A stretch of 64,000 nucleotides of DNA from an uncultured Gemmatimonadales bacterium (GCA_963716255.1 OY970303.1:704001-768000), one strand, 5' to 3'; shown: positions 1-9,661, numbered from the stretch's first letter. Notes: generated from the sequence alone by a model not told the origin. A program made the numbers and translations.

Positions 1-334
1 GCGGGAGCGGCACCAGCACCACCTCGCTGTCCGCGGGCAGGTGCATGCCCAGGCGCTCGCGCGCCACCCGCACCACCCGCGCGCGGCTCTGCAGCGACTG
101 GATGCGCGTCTCCAGTTCCAGCCGCGCGGCCTCCGACACTGCCCGCTCCCCCTCCAGCTCGCGGATCTCGCGCTGCAGCGCCACGCCCGTGGTCTGGCGC
201 CCCACCACCACGGCGAGCCCGCCCAGGAGCACCACCAGCAGCGCCGCCACCCGCAGGATGCCGCCGCCGCGGCGCTCCCCGCGGGGACGCCCGGGGATGG
301 TCGCGCCCGAGGGCGTCCGCCGCATGGCGCTCAC
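1..334 (-). CDS. ftsL: Cell division protein FtsL-like (3' end runs off the window)
   Basis: Not in the ORF track; translated by hand. GTG overlaps the rsmH stop (alternative ATG at 325). Basic N-terminus, one TM helix (VAALVVLLGGLAVVVG), coiled coil, and RVVRVARERLGMHLP motif. Canonical position after mraZ-rsmH. Confidence 0.8.
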   Translation of the reverse strand, partial: MSAMRRTPSGATIPGRPRGERRGGGILRVAALLVVLLGGLAVVVGRQTTGVALQREIRELEGERAVSEAARLELETRIQSLQSRARVVRVARERLGMHLPADSEVVLVPLP

Positions 335-1266
335 GCCTTCCTCCAGGCGCGCAGGCGGGCGCTGCGGGCCCGCGGGTTCGCCTCCACCTCGGCGGGGGAG
401 GCGGACACCGGCTTGCGGGTCAGCGTCGTGCCCAGCGGCGCCCCCCGGCAGCTGCACACGGGCATGTGCGGCGGGCAGACGCAGGCCTGGCTCCAGTCGC
501 GAAAGGCGTTCTTCACCACCCGGTCTTCCAGCGAATGGTAGGAAAGGACGGCCATCACCCCGCCCGGGGCGAGCGCCTCGCGGAAGCTGGGGAGCGCCGT
601 CTCCAGCGCGTCGATCTCGCGGTTCACCGCGATGCGGAGCGCCTGGAAGATGCGGGCGCGGTCGCCCGCGTCGGAGCGCGGCCCCAGCGTCCGCCCGATC
701 GCCTCCAGGAGCTGGTCGCTGGTGGCAAGGGGCTCGCGCTCACGCATCTCCACCAGGATGCGGGCCAGCTTGCGCGACCGCTTCTCCTCGCCGAAGCGGT
801 AGAAGACGTTCGCCAGCTCCTGCTCGTCCGCGGCGTTGAGCAGGTCGGCGGCGCTTTCCTCGCCCCCCGCCCCGCCCGACATGCGCATGTCCAGCGGCGC
901 CCCCGCGCGGAAGGTGAAGCCCCGCCCGTCCACGTCGATCTGGTGCGACGAGATCCCCAGGTCCAGCAGCACCCCGGCCAGCTCTCCCGCCCCGATCCCC
1001 GCAGCCTCCGCGGCGTCCGCGAAGTTGGCGCGCACCGCCCGGAAGCGGTCCCCGAAGCGGGCCAGCCGCGCCCCCGCCTCCGCCAGCGCGTCGGGATCGC
1101 GGTCCACGCCCACCAGGCGGGCCTCCGGGGCGCGCTCCAGCAGCGCCTCCGCGTGGCCGCCCCCGCCGAGGGTGCCGTCCAGGAAGAGGCCTCCGCGCTC
1201 GGGGCGCAGCTCCTCCAGCACCTCGCCCACCATGACGGGGACGTGGTACGAGGAAGCGTTCGGCAT
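331..1266 (-). CDS. rsmH: 16S rRNA m4C1402 methyltransferase RsmH (MraW)
   Basis: HVPVM, DGTLGGGGHA, DLGISSHQID, PLDMRM, FQALRIAVNRE, SYHSLEDRVVK and NPRARSARLR motifs. Confidence 0.97.
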   Translation of the reverse strand: MPNASSYHVPVMVGEVLEELRPERGGLFLDGTLGGGGHAEALLERAPEARLVGVDRDPDALAEAGARLARFGDRFRAVRANFADAAEAAGIGAGELAGVLLDLGISSHQIDVDGRGFTFRAGAPLDMRMSGGAGGEESAADLLNAADEQELANVFYRFGEEKRSRKLARILVEMREREPLATSDQLLEAIGRTLGPRSDAGDRARIFQALRIAVNREIDALETALPSFREALAPGGVMAVLSYHSLEDRVVKNAFRDWSQACVCPPHMPVCSCRGAPLGTTLTRKPVSASPAEVEANPRARSARLRAWRKA

Positions 1267-1273
1267 CGAACGT

Positions 1274-1705
1274 TCAGGCAAAGATCTGTTGGGTGAAGCG
1301 GTCGAAGTCGTCCGAGCGGGCCGGCACGGCGGCGTGGAAGCGCTCGGGGTCCCACAGCTCGATCCGGTCAATGGCCCCGACCACCAGCGTGGCGCTCCGG
1401 ATCCCCACCGCCTCCTGGAGGCGCTGCGGGACGAGGATGCGCCCCTGCTTGTCGGGGGCGACCTCCACTGCGTTTGCGGTGACGCTGAGAACGTACGAAC
1501 GGGCCTGCGGCTGGAGCCTGAGCAGCTCGCGCAGGCGGCCCTCCACCTCCGCCCAGGCGGGCTCGGGGTAGAGAGTGAGGGCGTTCTCGAAGACGTGCAC
1601 CAGGACCAGGGGACGGTCCGGGTGGTCGCGGCGGAACGGCGCGGGGAGGTTGAGGCGCCCCTTGTCGTCGATCTGGTGCAGGTAGCTCCCGAGGAAACCG
1701 CTCAT
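1274..1705 (-). CDS. mraZ: Division/cell wall cluster transcriptional repressor MraZ
   Basis: DDKGRLNLP and DKQGRILVP repeats, IELWD; GAGGAG RBS upstream; first gene of the dcw cluster. Confidence 0.96.
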   Translation of the reverse strand: MSGFLGSYLHQIDDKGRLNLPAPFRRDHPDRPLVLVHVFENALTLYPEPAWAEVEGRLRELLRLQPQARSYVLSVTANAVEVAPDKQGRILVPQRLQEAVGIRSATLVVGAIDRIELWDPERFHAAVPARSDDFDRFTQQIFA

Positions 1706-1750
1706 CCACACTCCTCGCTACGGACGCCAGGTCGACTCCACGGGCAGCTT

Positions 1751-1814
1751 AACCCACAACCACCCACTTCTCCCCACACGGCTCCCAAGCTAACGGCTCC
1801 CGGGCCCAAGTCAA
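1751..1814 (-). promoter_or_regulatory. MraZ operator boxes plus sigma70-like promoter of the dcw operon
   Basis: GTGGG on the minus strand at 10-bp spacing (CCCAC at 1753, 1763, 1773; a fourth TGGG at 1784-1787). TTGACT (1814-1809), 16 nt spacer, TAGCTT (1792-1787). Confidence 0.85.
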
Positions 1815-1914
1815 GAGCGCTCCGCTGCGTCGTGGACGCGCCCGCCGTGGCGCGCTTCCTGCTCGTGCCGCCTCGCAGCAGGGTCCTTCATCCGCATCTG
1901 CACCGAGGCGGTCC

Positions 1915-2826
1915 GTGAACATCTGCATGGTCATGAACTCCCCCTCGCCGGAGGCCACCGAAGAGCTCCGGGGGGCGGTGGAGACGCTGCGCGAGGCGGG
2001 GCACACGGTGACGCCGCGGCTCACCTTCGAGCGCGGCGACGGGCGCCGCTTCGCGCGCGAGGCGGCGGACGGGGGGTGCGACCTGGTGATCGCCGCCGGG
2101 GGCGACGGCACCATCCACGAGGTGGGGAACGGGATCCACGACTACCTGGCCGCGCGGGCGAACGTGGGGCAGCCCGCCGGCCCGGAGGACGCGCCCCGGC
2201 TGGGGATCGTGCCGCTGGGCACGGGCAACGACCTGGCCGGCGCCCTGGGCGTCCCCATCGACATCCACACCGCGGTGGCGGTCGCGGTGGTGGGCAACCC
2301 GGTCCCCGTGGACGTGGGGCTGCTCAACGGCGAGGCCTTCCTGAACGTGTCCACCGGCGGCATCGGCGCCGAAGCCACGGAGGAAACCTCGGACGACGTC
2401 AAGCGCGTCCTGGGCCCGGTGGCCTACTTCATCACCGGGGTTAAAAAGTTCGTGTCGCTGGAGGTGTCGTCCGCCCGCTTCAGCGACACGGAGACCATCC
2501 ACGACGGCCCCTTCCTGATCTTCGCCGTGGGCAACTCGCGCCGCACCGGGGGCGGCAACTGGCTCACCCCGCGCGCCGAGCTGAGCGACGGGCTGCTGGA
2601 CGTGGTCATCGTCCGGGAGATGCCCCGGCGCGACCTGCTGGCGATCCTCCCCGAGCTGCGCGCCGGCCGCCACCTGGAGCACCCGGCCGTCATCTACCGG
2701 CAGGTGAAGTCGCTGACGGTGGAGTCTTCCGAGGAGCTGAGCGTCAACGTGGACGGCGAGCCGCTGGGGGGGCGGACGCTCCGGTACGCGATCAGCCCAC
2801 ACCGGATCTGTCTTTCGCTGCCCTGA
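1915..2826 (+). CDS. YegS/diacylglycerol kinase family lipid kinase
   Basis: AAGGDGTIHEVGNG, PLGTGNDLA, GNSRRTGGG, SDGLLDV and NVDGE motifs. Confidence 0.92.
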   Translation: MNICMVMNSPSPEATEELRGAVETLREAGHTVTPRLTFERGDGRRFAREAADGGCDLVIAAGGDGTIHEVGNGIHDYLAARANVGQPAGPEDAPRLGIVPLGTGNDLAGALGVPIDIHTAVAVAVVGNPVPVDVGLLNGEAFLNVSTGGIGAEATEETSDDVKRVLGPVAYFITGVKKFVSLEVSSARFSDTETIHDGPFLIFAVGNSRRTGGGNWLTPRAELSDGLLDVVIVREMPRRDLLAILPELRAGRHLEHPAVIYRQVKSLTVESSEELSVNVDGEPLGGRTLRYAISPHRICLSLP

Positions 2827-2850
2827 GCTGATCTTCGGCATCGTGGCGCG

Positions 2851-2988
2851 GGGCCGCTCCGGAGCCGGACGATACTGCCGTCCGTCTCCTGCGCGGGTCG
2901 CGGAGCCCCGGGAAACTGCCCCCGGGTCTCCGCTCCGGCTCCGTGAGCCTCGCGCAAACAGCCGCGCGAGTCTCCCTCCGCAACGGAT
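2851..2988 (+). repeat. Structured repeat family B, copy 1 (three tandem hairpins)
   Basis: Three GAGC-stem-A(A/T)ACWGCC-stem-TCTCC modules; homologous to 9662-9800, 54463-54522, 58636-58768 and 60215-60351. Confidence 0.85.
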
Positions 2989-3073
2989 CATGTGGGTACT
3001 GCGGAACTGCGAACGGCGCCCCCGCCCGGATCTCCCGGTGGGGGCGCCGTTTCGTGCTTCGTACCGTCGTTTC

Positions 3074-3283
3074 CTACATCATCGGCATTCCGCGCGGCCA
3101 GGGGCGCAGCAGCGCGATCCCCACCATCACGGCCAGCAGCACCACGAACAGCATCACCAGCGCGGTGAGGCACCCGGTGGGCCCGCACCCGCAGCCGCCG
3201 CCCGGCGGCCGGTGCTCGATGGTCCTGAACGGCTGGCTCTCGGCGCCTTCGCCGGCGGGGGGATCGGTCTCGGGGTGGCTCAT
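3074..3283 (-). CDS. Small membrane protein (GCGCG motif followed by one TM helix)
   Basis: 69-aa ORF with a hydrophobic C-terminal helix and GC3-rich codons. Confidence 0.6.
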   Translation of the reverse strand: MSHPETDPPAGEGAESQPFRTIEHRPPGGGCGCGPTGCLTALVMLFVVLLAVMVGIALLRPWPRGMPMM

Positions 3284-3378
3284 CGCGCGCTGCCTGGCTC
3301 CGGGTAGTCCCGCGCCGGACCCGCGCGCGGAAAGCAAGCCGCGAAGCTAGCCGTCCCCCGCTCCCCGCGCGAGAGCCC

Positions 3379-3506
3379 GCGTGAGGGATTCCGGCCCGAA
3401 GGGGCGAGACCCGGCGGCTGTTTGCCGGGGCTCGACTCCGTTGAGCAGCGTTGTTTGCTGCTCTACGGAGCCGAAGCCCGACCCCGGCGCAGCCGGGGGC
3501 ACGCCC
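3379..3506 (-). repeat. Structured repeat family A, copy 1
   Basis: GGGCGTG...ATCCCTCACGC element on the minus strand, 30 nt after the EamA-family stop. Confidence 0.9.
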
Positions 3507-3536
3507 ACATCCGCCGTCACCGTATCCGTACGCCGT

Positions 3537-4478
3537 TCAAGACTTCTCGTTGGAAACGGACGTCTTCGCACTCGTGATGAACGCGACCGCGACGACGATG
3601 ACGGCCGCCGCCGCCAGCGTGCGCGCGGTCACCGCCTCGCCGGCGAGGAGCCACCCCAGGAACACCGCGACCACCGGGTTCACGTAGGCGTAGGTGGACA
3701 CCTTCGCCACCTCCACGTGCTTGAGCAGCCACACGTACGCGGTGAACCCCAGCCCGGACCCGAACACGACCAGGTACGCCAGCGCCAGCAGGCTCCTGCC
3801 GCTGACCGCCCCGGGGTCCAGCCTCCCCCACTCCCCCACCGCCGACCCCACCAGCACCAGCAGCGCCCCGCCCGCCAGCATCTCCATCCCCGTGGCCTGG
3901 AGCGGAGACTCCGGGAGCGCCGCCCGACGGGAGTACACCGAGCCCACGGCCCACAGGATGGACGCCAGCACCAGCGCCGCCGCGCCCACGCCGTCCGCCG
4001 CGCCGCCCCCCAGCAGCTCCGCGGGCCCCACCAGGATCCCCAGCCCCAGGAACCCGGTGGCGATCCCCGCCCAGGTGCGCCACCCGGGACGCACGCCCCC
4101 GCTGCGCCACCACTCCAGCAGCACCATCCACAGCGGCACGGTGGCCACCAGCAGCGCCGCCAGCCCGGAGGGGACGCGCTGCTCCGCCCAGGCCACGCCC
4201 CCGTTGCCCCCCACCAGGAGGAATGCGCCCACCACGGCGGTCTCCCGCCAGTGGAGCCGCGTGGGGCGGGGCGCGCCGCCGGCCCGCGTCCACGCGTACA
4301 GCGCCGCGCCCGACGCCAGGAAGCGAGCGCCCGCCATGAGGAAGGGCGGCAGCGTCTCGATGGCGAAGCGGATCGCCAGGTAGGTGGAGCCCCACACCAC
4401 GTACACCGCCGCGAAGGCCGCCAGAACCTGCGCCCGCGACACCGCTCCCGACCCGCTCGCCCGCTGCGGCACGCCCAT
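3537..4478 (-). CDS. EamA/DMT family transporter (YedA-like)
   Basis: AVYVVWGSTYLAIR, STYAYVNPVVAV; about 10 TM segments. Confidence 0.92.
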   Translation of the reverse strand: MGVPQRASGSGAVSRAQVLAAFAAVYVVWGSTYLAIRFAIETLPPFLMAGARFLASGAALYAWTRAGGAPRPTRLHWRETAVVGAFLLVGGNGGVAWAEQRVPSGLAALLVATVPLWMVLLEWWRSGGVRPGWRTWAGIATGFLGLGILVGPAELLGGGAADGVGAAALVLASILWAVGSVYSRRAALPESPLQATGMEMLAGGALLVLVGSAVGEWGRLDPGAVSGRSLLALAYLVVFGSGLGFTAYVWLLKHVEVAKVSTYAYVNPVVAVFLGWLLAGEAVTARTLAAAAVIVVAVAFITSAKTSVSNEKS

Positions 4479-4611
4479 CCCCCCGTTCGCCGGTTCACCG
4501 GGCGCCGCCCGGACCGGCCGGGAGGCGCGACGGGGGCAAAGATAACGGGGGCGCCCCGGGGATCGGGATCCCCGGGGCGCCCCCTCCGACTCCGCAGGTG
4601 CCGCGAACGGC

Positions 4612-5769
4612 TCAGCGCACCGTCACCAGCTTGCCGCCGCGCACCACTCCCATGGCGACCTCCTTGCCGGGGACGTCGCCGTTGCGGTCGAAGGCGATGC
4701 GGCCAGACACGCCCTCGTACGGGGCCACCCCCGAGCCCTCGACCCCCACCTTGGCAAGGTAGTCGCGGATCGCGCGGCGGTCGGTGCCCACCTCGCGGAC
4801 CGCCTGCGCGACCAGCTTGATGGCGTCGTACGTCATGGCGCCGCGGTGGTCGGGGTCCTCGTTGTAGCGCTGCCGGTACGCCCGCACGAACGCCTGCGCC
4901 GCCTCGGAGGCGCGGTCGGGGAGGAAGGCGGAGCTGACGTAGATCCCCTCGGCGTCCGCCCCGGCGTCCTTGACCCCGGTCATGCCGTCGGCGCCCACCA
5001 CCGGGCCGGTGAACCCGAGCCGGCGGGCCTCGCGCACCACCTTGATGCCGGCGTCCGCCTGGCCGGCGATCACCAGCGCGTCCATGCCGGAGCGCAGGGC
5101 GCGCTGCAGGTACGGGTCCACCCCGGCGGCGTCCTCCACCGTCGCGGGGAGGTAGGGGTCCTGCGCCACCACGCTCCCGCCGGCGGTGCGGAACGCGTCG
5201 GCGAAGGTCGCGGCCACGCCGCGCCCATACTCGTCGTTGGTGTAGAGCACCGCGGCGCGGCGCTTCCCCAGCCGCGAGTAGGCGTGCTGCGCCACCACCG
5301 GGCCGTGCCGCAGGTCGCTGGGGCACACCCGGAACGTCCAGTCGCCGGCCGCGGTCACCAGCGGGCTGCTGGACGCGGGGGAGATCTGCGCCACCGGCGA
5401 GCTGTCGTGGGCGCCCTCCTCCTCGTTGTAGATCTTGGCCGCCGCCAGCGTCGCCGCGGAGTTCAGGTGCCCGATCACGGCCACCACCGCCGTGCTGTCG
5501 CGCAGGAAGCCGGCGACGGGGATCGCCTTCTCCTTGTTCCCCTCGTCGTCCCTGAGCTCCAGCTTCAGCTTGCGGCCGTCGAAGTCGGCGCCCTCGTTGA
5601 GCTCCTCGACCGCCATCTCGGCGGCGAGCTTCATGGACCGTCCGTTGGCGAGGCTGAGCGGGCCGGCGACGCCGATGGCGATGGGCTCCGAGGACGCGGC
5701 GTCGCACCCGGCCAGGAGGACGAGCGGGAGCGCGATCCACCGGGGGATCGGGCGAAGGCGTGGTGTCAT
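4612..5769 (-). CDS. Branched-chain amino acid ABC transporter substrate-binding lipoprotein (LivJ/K-like)
   Basis: LLAGC lipobox, IGVAGPLS, VIGHLNS, NDEYGRG, YDA, GVSGRIAFDRNGD; no permease genes adjacent. Confidence 0.88.
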   Translation of the reverse strand: MTPRLRPIPRWIALPLVLLAGCDAASSEPIAIGVAGPLSLANGRSMKLAAEMAVEELNEGADFDGRKLKLELRDDEGNKEKAIPVAGFLRDSTAVVAVIGHLNSAATLAAAKIYNEEEGAHDSSPVAQISPASSSPLVTAAGDWTFRVCPSDLRHGPVVAQHAYSRLGKRRAAVLYTNDEYGRGVAATFADAFRTAGGSVVAQDPYLPATVEDAAGVDPYLQRALRSGMDALVIAGQADAGIKVVREARRLGFTGPVVGADGMTGVKDAGADAEGIYVSSAFLPDRASEAAQAFVRAYRQRYNEDPDHRGAMTYDAIKLVAQAVREVGTDRRAIRDYLAKVGVEGSGVAPYEGVSGRIAFDRNGDVPGKEVAMGVVRGGKLVTVR

Positions 5770-5861
5770 GCGTTCTCCGGTGTGGTGCACGGGCCGCGCG
5801 GCGCGGGCCCTGGAAACGGGGGCGGAACGGAACGGGGATGTGCCTGCGGAAGCGGGCGGCG

Positions 5862-6251
5862 TCAGCCGCGGTCGGGGTCCACCTCGCGGACCAGGTCGTC
5901 GAGCCAGGGCGGCGGCGGCCCCTCGGCGTCGTACGCGGCGCGGACCTCCCTCACCAGGCGGCGCACCACGCCCCGGCGCCGGGCCAGGGAAAGCTCGCCC
6001 ACCAGCACCCCCAGCGCGGCGGAGGCCACCTCGGCGCTCATCTCCACGTCGCCGCGGGATGCCTCGCAGACGTACCAGCGCTCCAGCTTCTGGCGGGTGG
6101 GGAGGTAGGGAACCGAGCCGTCCACGAACTTCTGCAGCCCGCTGGGGCTCATCCCCACCTCACGGGCGACGCCGCGGAGCGAAACGCTCGCCATGCGGGC
6201 CATGATCACCGCGCGGAGCTGGTCGAGGGGAACGCCGCTACGCACGGACAT
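5862..6251 (-). CDS. Small XRE-like helix-turn-helix protein
   Basis: SLRGVAREVGMSPSGLQKFVDG helix-turn-helix; divergent from the TPR-like gene. Confidence 0.75.
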   Translation of the reverse strand: MSVRSGVPLDQLRAVIMARMASVSLRGVAREVGMSPSGLQKFVDGSVPYLPTRQKLERWYVCEASRGDVEMSAEVASAALGVLVGELSLARRRGVVRRLVREVRAAYDAEGPPPPWLDDLVREVDPDRG

Positions 6252-6301
6252 TGACTGGCCCGGAGCCTCGCGCTATCTTGGGTTGTCCACTCTGTCCACT
6301 T
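6251..6301 (+). promoter_or_regulatory. sigma70-like promoter with tandem TGTCCACT operator-like repeat
   Basis: TTGACT (6251-6256), 17 nt spacer, TATCTT (6274-6279). TGTCCACTC-TGTCCACTT at 6284-6301. Inverted copy GTGGACAGAG at 6422-6431. Confidence 0.7.
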
Positions 6302-6515
6302 TCGGCGGGATTACACTATCAGTTTAAGGAACAGGGGGCGTCCGGGCAAGGAGCCGCTCGCCCGGACGGCCCCGTGGCGCGGCATGGCGGAGAGATCAGT
6401 TTCGTCCATTCTATTGCATTCGTGGACAGAGTAGCACAAATTGACGTTTAGCATTCGGACGGTCGCCCCGGTCAGCGGCCCCGCCCTGCAACGAACCAGA
6501 CCCGGAGGAACGCCC

Positions 6516-7787
6516 ATGAAGGTCAAGCTCGGCGCAAAAGAGTCGGTGCGGCCCCGCCGGGCGGGGCGCAGGTCTCCACCTCCTCCGGCCATCCTGCATG
6601 GCCCGGACGAGACGCTCGACGGCGTCTTCATCCTGGACGAGATGCGCAACGGGATCGGCGTGCTGCTCTGGCAGTCGCTGCACGACGTCATCCTGTGGGC
6701 GTCGGTCGCGCCCGGGGAGCGCCGCGGGCTGTTCCGGCCGGAGTCGGTGAGGCGGCGGATGGAGGCGCTGGTGGCGCAGGGCGCGGACCCGGTGCTGGAA
6801 ACGGCGCTCACCTCGCTGGCGGCGCTCTCGACCGACCCGGACACGGCGCGCCCGGAGGCGGTGGGCTCCATCTGCCTGCAGATCGCGCGCTGGGCGGACG
6901 CGCACGGCTCGGCGGCGACGGCGCTCGCCTTCGCGCAGGGGGCGGCCATGGCCTCTCCGTGCGACGCCTCGGCGGGGCTGCTGGCCGGGTCGCTGGCGCG
7001 CAAGCTGGGCGAGCGGGCCCGGGCCGAGACCTGGCTGCGCCGCACCATCGTGCTGGGACGCCGCAACGGTGACCGCTGCTCGCTCTTCCAGGCGTGCCTC
7101 GCGCTCGGGGAGATGCAGGCGGAGCGCGCCGCGGTGGAGGCGCAGCGCGGCAACGTGGAGGCGGCGCGGGCCGACGTGGAGGCCGCGCGCGGCCTCTTCC
7201 TGCGGGCGTTCCGCGGAGCGCGGCGCAGCGGCTTCCGCGAGATCAAGGCGCAGGCGCTGCACGGGCTCTTCCGGCTGGCGGCGCAGGGCGGGCGCACGGA
7301 CGAGGCGGACGTCTACGCCCGCTCCACGCTCCATGCCTACGGCCGCAGGCACCCGCGCGTGCCGCAGGTGGCCCGCGACATCGGCACCTTCTGGCTGGAG
7401 CGCGGCAAGTACACGGAGGCGCTGGCCGCCCTGCGGCTCCTCCTCCCCTACGCCCGGCGCCCCGCGGAGCGGGTGGAGGCGCTGGCCGCCGTGGCCCGTG
7501 CGGCCGCGGGCGCCCGCAACGAGCAGGCCTTCGACGACGCGGCCGACGAGGCGCTCCAGCTCCTCCGCCGCACCCCGCCCGAGGAGATGAAGAGCAGTCC
7601 GCTGCTGGAGCTGGCCCGCGGCGCCGCCGAGATGGAGCGCTGGGAGAGCGCCGAGCGCGTCGCGCAGCTCGCCCTGGACACCGCCGTGCGCCACGGCGAG
7701 GACCAGGTCTCCAGCGGCGCCGAGGCCCTCCTCACCGCCGTCTGGACGCACGGCGGCGGAATGCGCCTGCAGCCCGCGCTCATGTAG
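6516..7787 (+). CDS. Tetratricopeptide-repeat-like all-helical protein
   Basis: GGAGG RBS before ATG 6516; Ala-rich helical repeats with TPR-like signatures (e.g. DIGTFWLERGKYTEALAAL). Confidence 0.72.
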   Translation: MKVKLGAKESVRPRRAGRRSPPPPAILHGPDETLDGVFILDEMRNGIGVLLWQSLHDVILWASVAPGERRGLFRPESVRRRMEALVAQGADPVLETALTSLAALSTDPDTARPEAVGSICLQIARWADAHGSAATALAFAQGAAMASPCDASAGLLAGSLARKLGERARAETWLRRTIVLGRRNGDRCSLFQACLALGEMQAERAAVEAQRGNVEAARADVEAARGLFLRAFRGARRSGFREIKAQALHGLFRLAAQGGRTDEADVYARSTLHAYGRRHPRVPQVARDIGTFWLERGKYTEALAALRLLLPYARRPAERVEALAAVARAAAGARNEQAFDDAADEALQLLRRTPPEEMKSSPLLELARGAAEMERWESAERVAQLALDTAVRHGEDQVSSGAEALLTAVWTHGGGMRLQPALM

Positions 7788-7805
7788 CCCTCACCCCGCC
7801 GAAAC

Positions 7806-7848
7806 GAACCGGCCCTGCACGCGTCGCCGTGCAGGGCCGTTCTGTTTT
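7806..7848 (+). terminator. Rho-independent terminator
   Basis: CGGCCCTGCAC / GTGCAGGGCCG stem followed by TTCTGTTTT. Confidence 0.7.
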
Positions 7849-7885
7849 CGGGTCAGGCTGAAACCCGGACGCCTGCGCGATGCCC

Positions 7886-8014
7886 GCGTGAGGGATTCCG
7901 GCCCGAAGGGGCGAGACCGCGCGGCTGTTTGCGCGGGCTCGACTCCGTTACGCAGCGTTGTTTGCTGCGTTACGGAGCCGAAGCCCGACCCCGGCGCCAG
8001 CCGGGGGCACGCCC
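7886..8014 (-). repeat. Structured repeat family A, copy 2
   Basis: Same element, 25 nt after the stop of the 8040-8558 gene. Confidence 0.9.
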
Positions 8015-8039
8015 GGACCCCGCCCTGCAGGGATGTCGT

Positions 8040-8558
8040 TCAGCAGGTCTTCTTCGCCACCGTGTCCGCCATGACCCACCCGCGCTCGCCCCGCGCGAAC
8101 TCCAGCTGGAACTGCCTGTCGCACAGCACCGGCGGGATGAAATTGCTGGCGGTGACGGTGGAGGTCACGTGCATGGTGAGCCGGTCCGGGGAGCGGCTGG
8201 CGAGGTTGAGGTGCACGAACACGCCGTTCTTGGGGACCCAGCACGACATGCCCAGCTCCATCTCCAGGCAGTTGAAGGAGCTGTCCGGGACCGTGGCCAC
8301 GAACGGGCGGTCCACGGCGGCGGCGATCCGGTCGGTCTCCACGATCTCGCCGACGGCGCGCAGGCTCCCGCCCCGGAACGACTTGACGTCCAGCAGGAGC
8401 GGGCCCGTGCCGGCTCCCGGGGGCGCCGACCGGCGGGCGTCCCGCTCGGCGAAGCTCACCGTCTGGCGGACGACGTCCAGGTAGTCCGCCTCGGAAGGCG
8501 TCTCGGAGCCGCAGGCGGCCGCGAGCAGGAGAACGGACGTGAGGTGGAGCCTTTTCAT
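8040..8558 (-). CDS. Hypothetical lipoprotein
   Basis: MKR...LLLAAAC lipobox; four additional Cys. Confidence 0.7.
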   Translation of the reverse strand: MKRLHLTSVLLLAAACGSETPSEADYLDVVRQTVSFAERDARRSAPPGAGTGPLLLDVKSFRGGSLRAVGEIVETDRIAAAVDRPFVATVPDSSFNCLEMELGMSCWVPKNGVFVHLNLASRSPDRLTMHVTSTVTASNFIPPVLCDRQFQLEFARGERGWVMADTVAKKTC

Positions 8559-8683
8559 CGCGCGGGGAGCGGAGGTCGGGGGTCGCGTGCGCTGTCCATC
8601 TGCTTCGGCAGGAAGTACATTAGCGCCTGCCGAAGGGTCCGCGAAAGGCCCGCCACCGCCCGGAAACCGCCCCTGCTCCGTAT

Positions 8684-8959
8684 ATGAGACTCTGGAAGCT
8701 CACTCCCCGGCACGACTCCCTCTGGTGGTGCGTGGACGGCAAGGATCCCTGGCAGCCGCACCAGGACAAGGCGTTCGGCTTCGTGGTGCGCGCCGAGAGC
8801 GAGGAGGAGGCGCGCTGGCTGGCCCACGAGAGCGGCGGCGGCGAGAACGACTCGCTCCCCGGCGTGCGTCCCTGGGTGGAGGAGCAGTATTCCACCTGCG
8901 AGGAGCTTCCCGCCGAGGGGCGACGGGGGGTGGTGCTGGTCAACTTCCGCCACGCGTGA
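8684..8959 (+). CDS. Small hypothetical protein
   Basis: 91 aa with protein-like composition (DKAFGFVVRAESEEEAR) and GC3 bias. Confidence 0.65.
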   Translation: MRLWKLTPRHDSLWWCVDGKDPWQPHQDKAFGFVVRAESEEEARWLAHESGGGENDSLPGVRPWVEEQYSTCEELPAEGRRGVVLVNFRHA

Positions 8960-8994
8960 GGGGTTCCTTCCAGAAGGATTCAACTGCAGGGTTC

Positions 8995-9132
8995 GGGCGT
9001 GCCCCCGGCTGTCGCCGGGGTCGGGCTTCGGCTCCGTAAGCCCGCAAACAACGCGGGCTAACGGAGTCGAGCCCCGCGAAACTGCCCGCGGCGATACTCG
9101 CGCCCCTTCAAACGGGCCGAAATCCCTCACGC
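8995..9132 (+). repeat. Structured repeat family A, copy 3 (small indels)
   Basis: GGGCGTG...ATCCCTCACGC, 35 nt after the stop at 8959. Confidence 0.88.
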
Positions 9133-9304
9133 GGGGCTCGCGCTGGCGTCCGCCGGCGTCCACTCCTCCGCGCTGCCGCGAAACTCCGCCGTCCATTCCT
9201 CCGTATCGCTTCCAGGTGCCGGAGATCCGGTGCCACGATGCCCTGAACGGGGACCGGCGCGAAGGCCGCGCCGGGTCTGCCCTTTCCGATCCACGGAGGA
9301 GACC

Positions 9305-9559
9305 ATGCTGGAGCAGCTGCACCGCACGCCCGAGGAGCGCCGCAAGACCGAGATCGTCCTGCACCTGGGCGTCATCGCTTTCGCGCTCTACAACTTCACC
9401 GAGCTGGCCGCGCTGCTGGGGCCCGCCCCGGTGCTTGCCGGGATCGTGACGGGCCTCGGCGGCTTCCTCTACTCGCAGTGGCTCCGCACCCGGTGGAACG
9501 ACGACCTCCGCCTGGTCCCGGTCCCCGTCGAACGCCCGCGCCGCCTCCAAGCGATGTAG
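9305..9559 (+). CDS. Small two-TM membrane protein
   Basis: GGAGGAG RBS before ATG 9305; two hydrophobic helices. Confidence 0.65.
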   Translation: MLEQLHRTPEERRKTEIVLHLGVIAFALYNFTELAALLGPAPVLAGIVTGLGGFLYSQWLRTRWNDDLRLVPVPVERPRRLQAM

Positions 9560-9597
9560 CGGACTCCTCCCCCAGGCCCAAGCGGGTGGAGACGAAC

Positions 9598-9637
9598 AAC
9601 GGCGGAACGGCGCACCCATCAGCGCCGTTCCGCCGTT
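9598..9637. terminator. Long hairpin between convergent genes (probable terminator)
   Basis: AACGGCGGAACGGCGC / GCGCCGTTCCGCCGTT perfect inverted repeat. Confidence 0.6.
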
Positions 9638-9661
9638 CGCCGTTTCCGTAGTACCCCCATC

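Noticed and set aside
7888..8484. Recurrent 'MRDSGPKGRD...TEPKPDPGA' ORFs (also at 3381, 12804 and 45703) as a protein family
   Set aside because: They are translations of repeat A. Frames differ or break between copies, and the variation preserves base pairing rather than codons.
8684..8959. The small ORF as a sign of a prophage remnant
   Set aside because: No integrase, structural or other phage genes, and no att-like context nearby.
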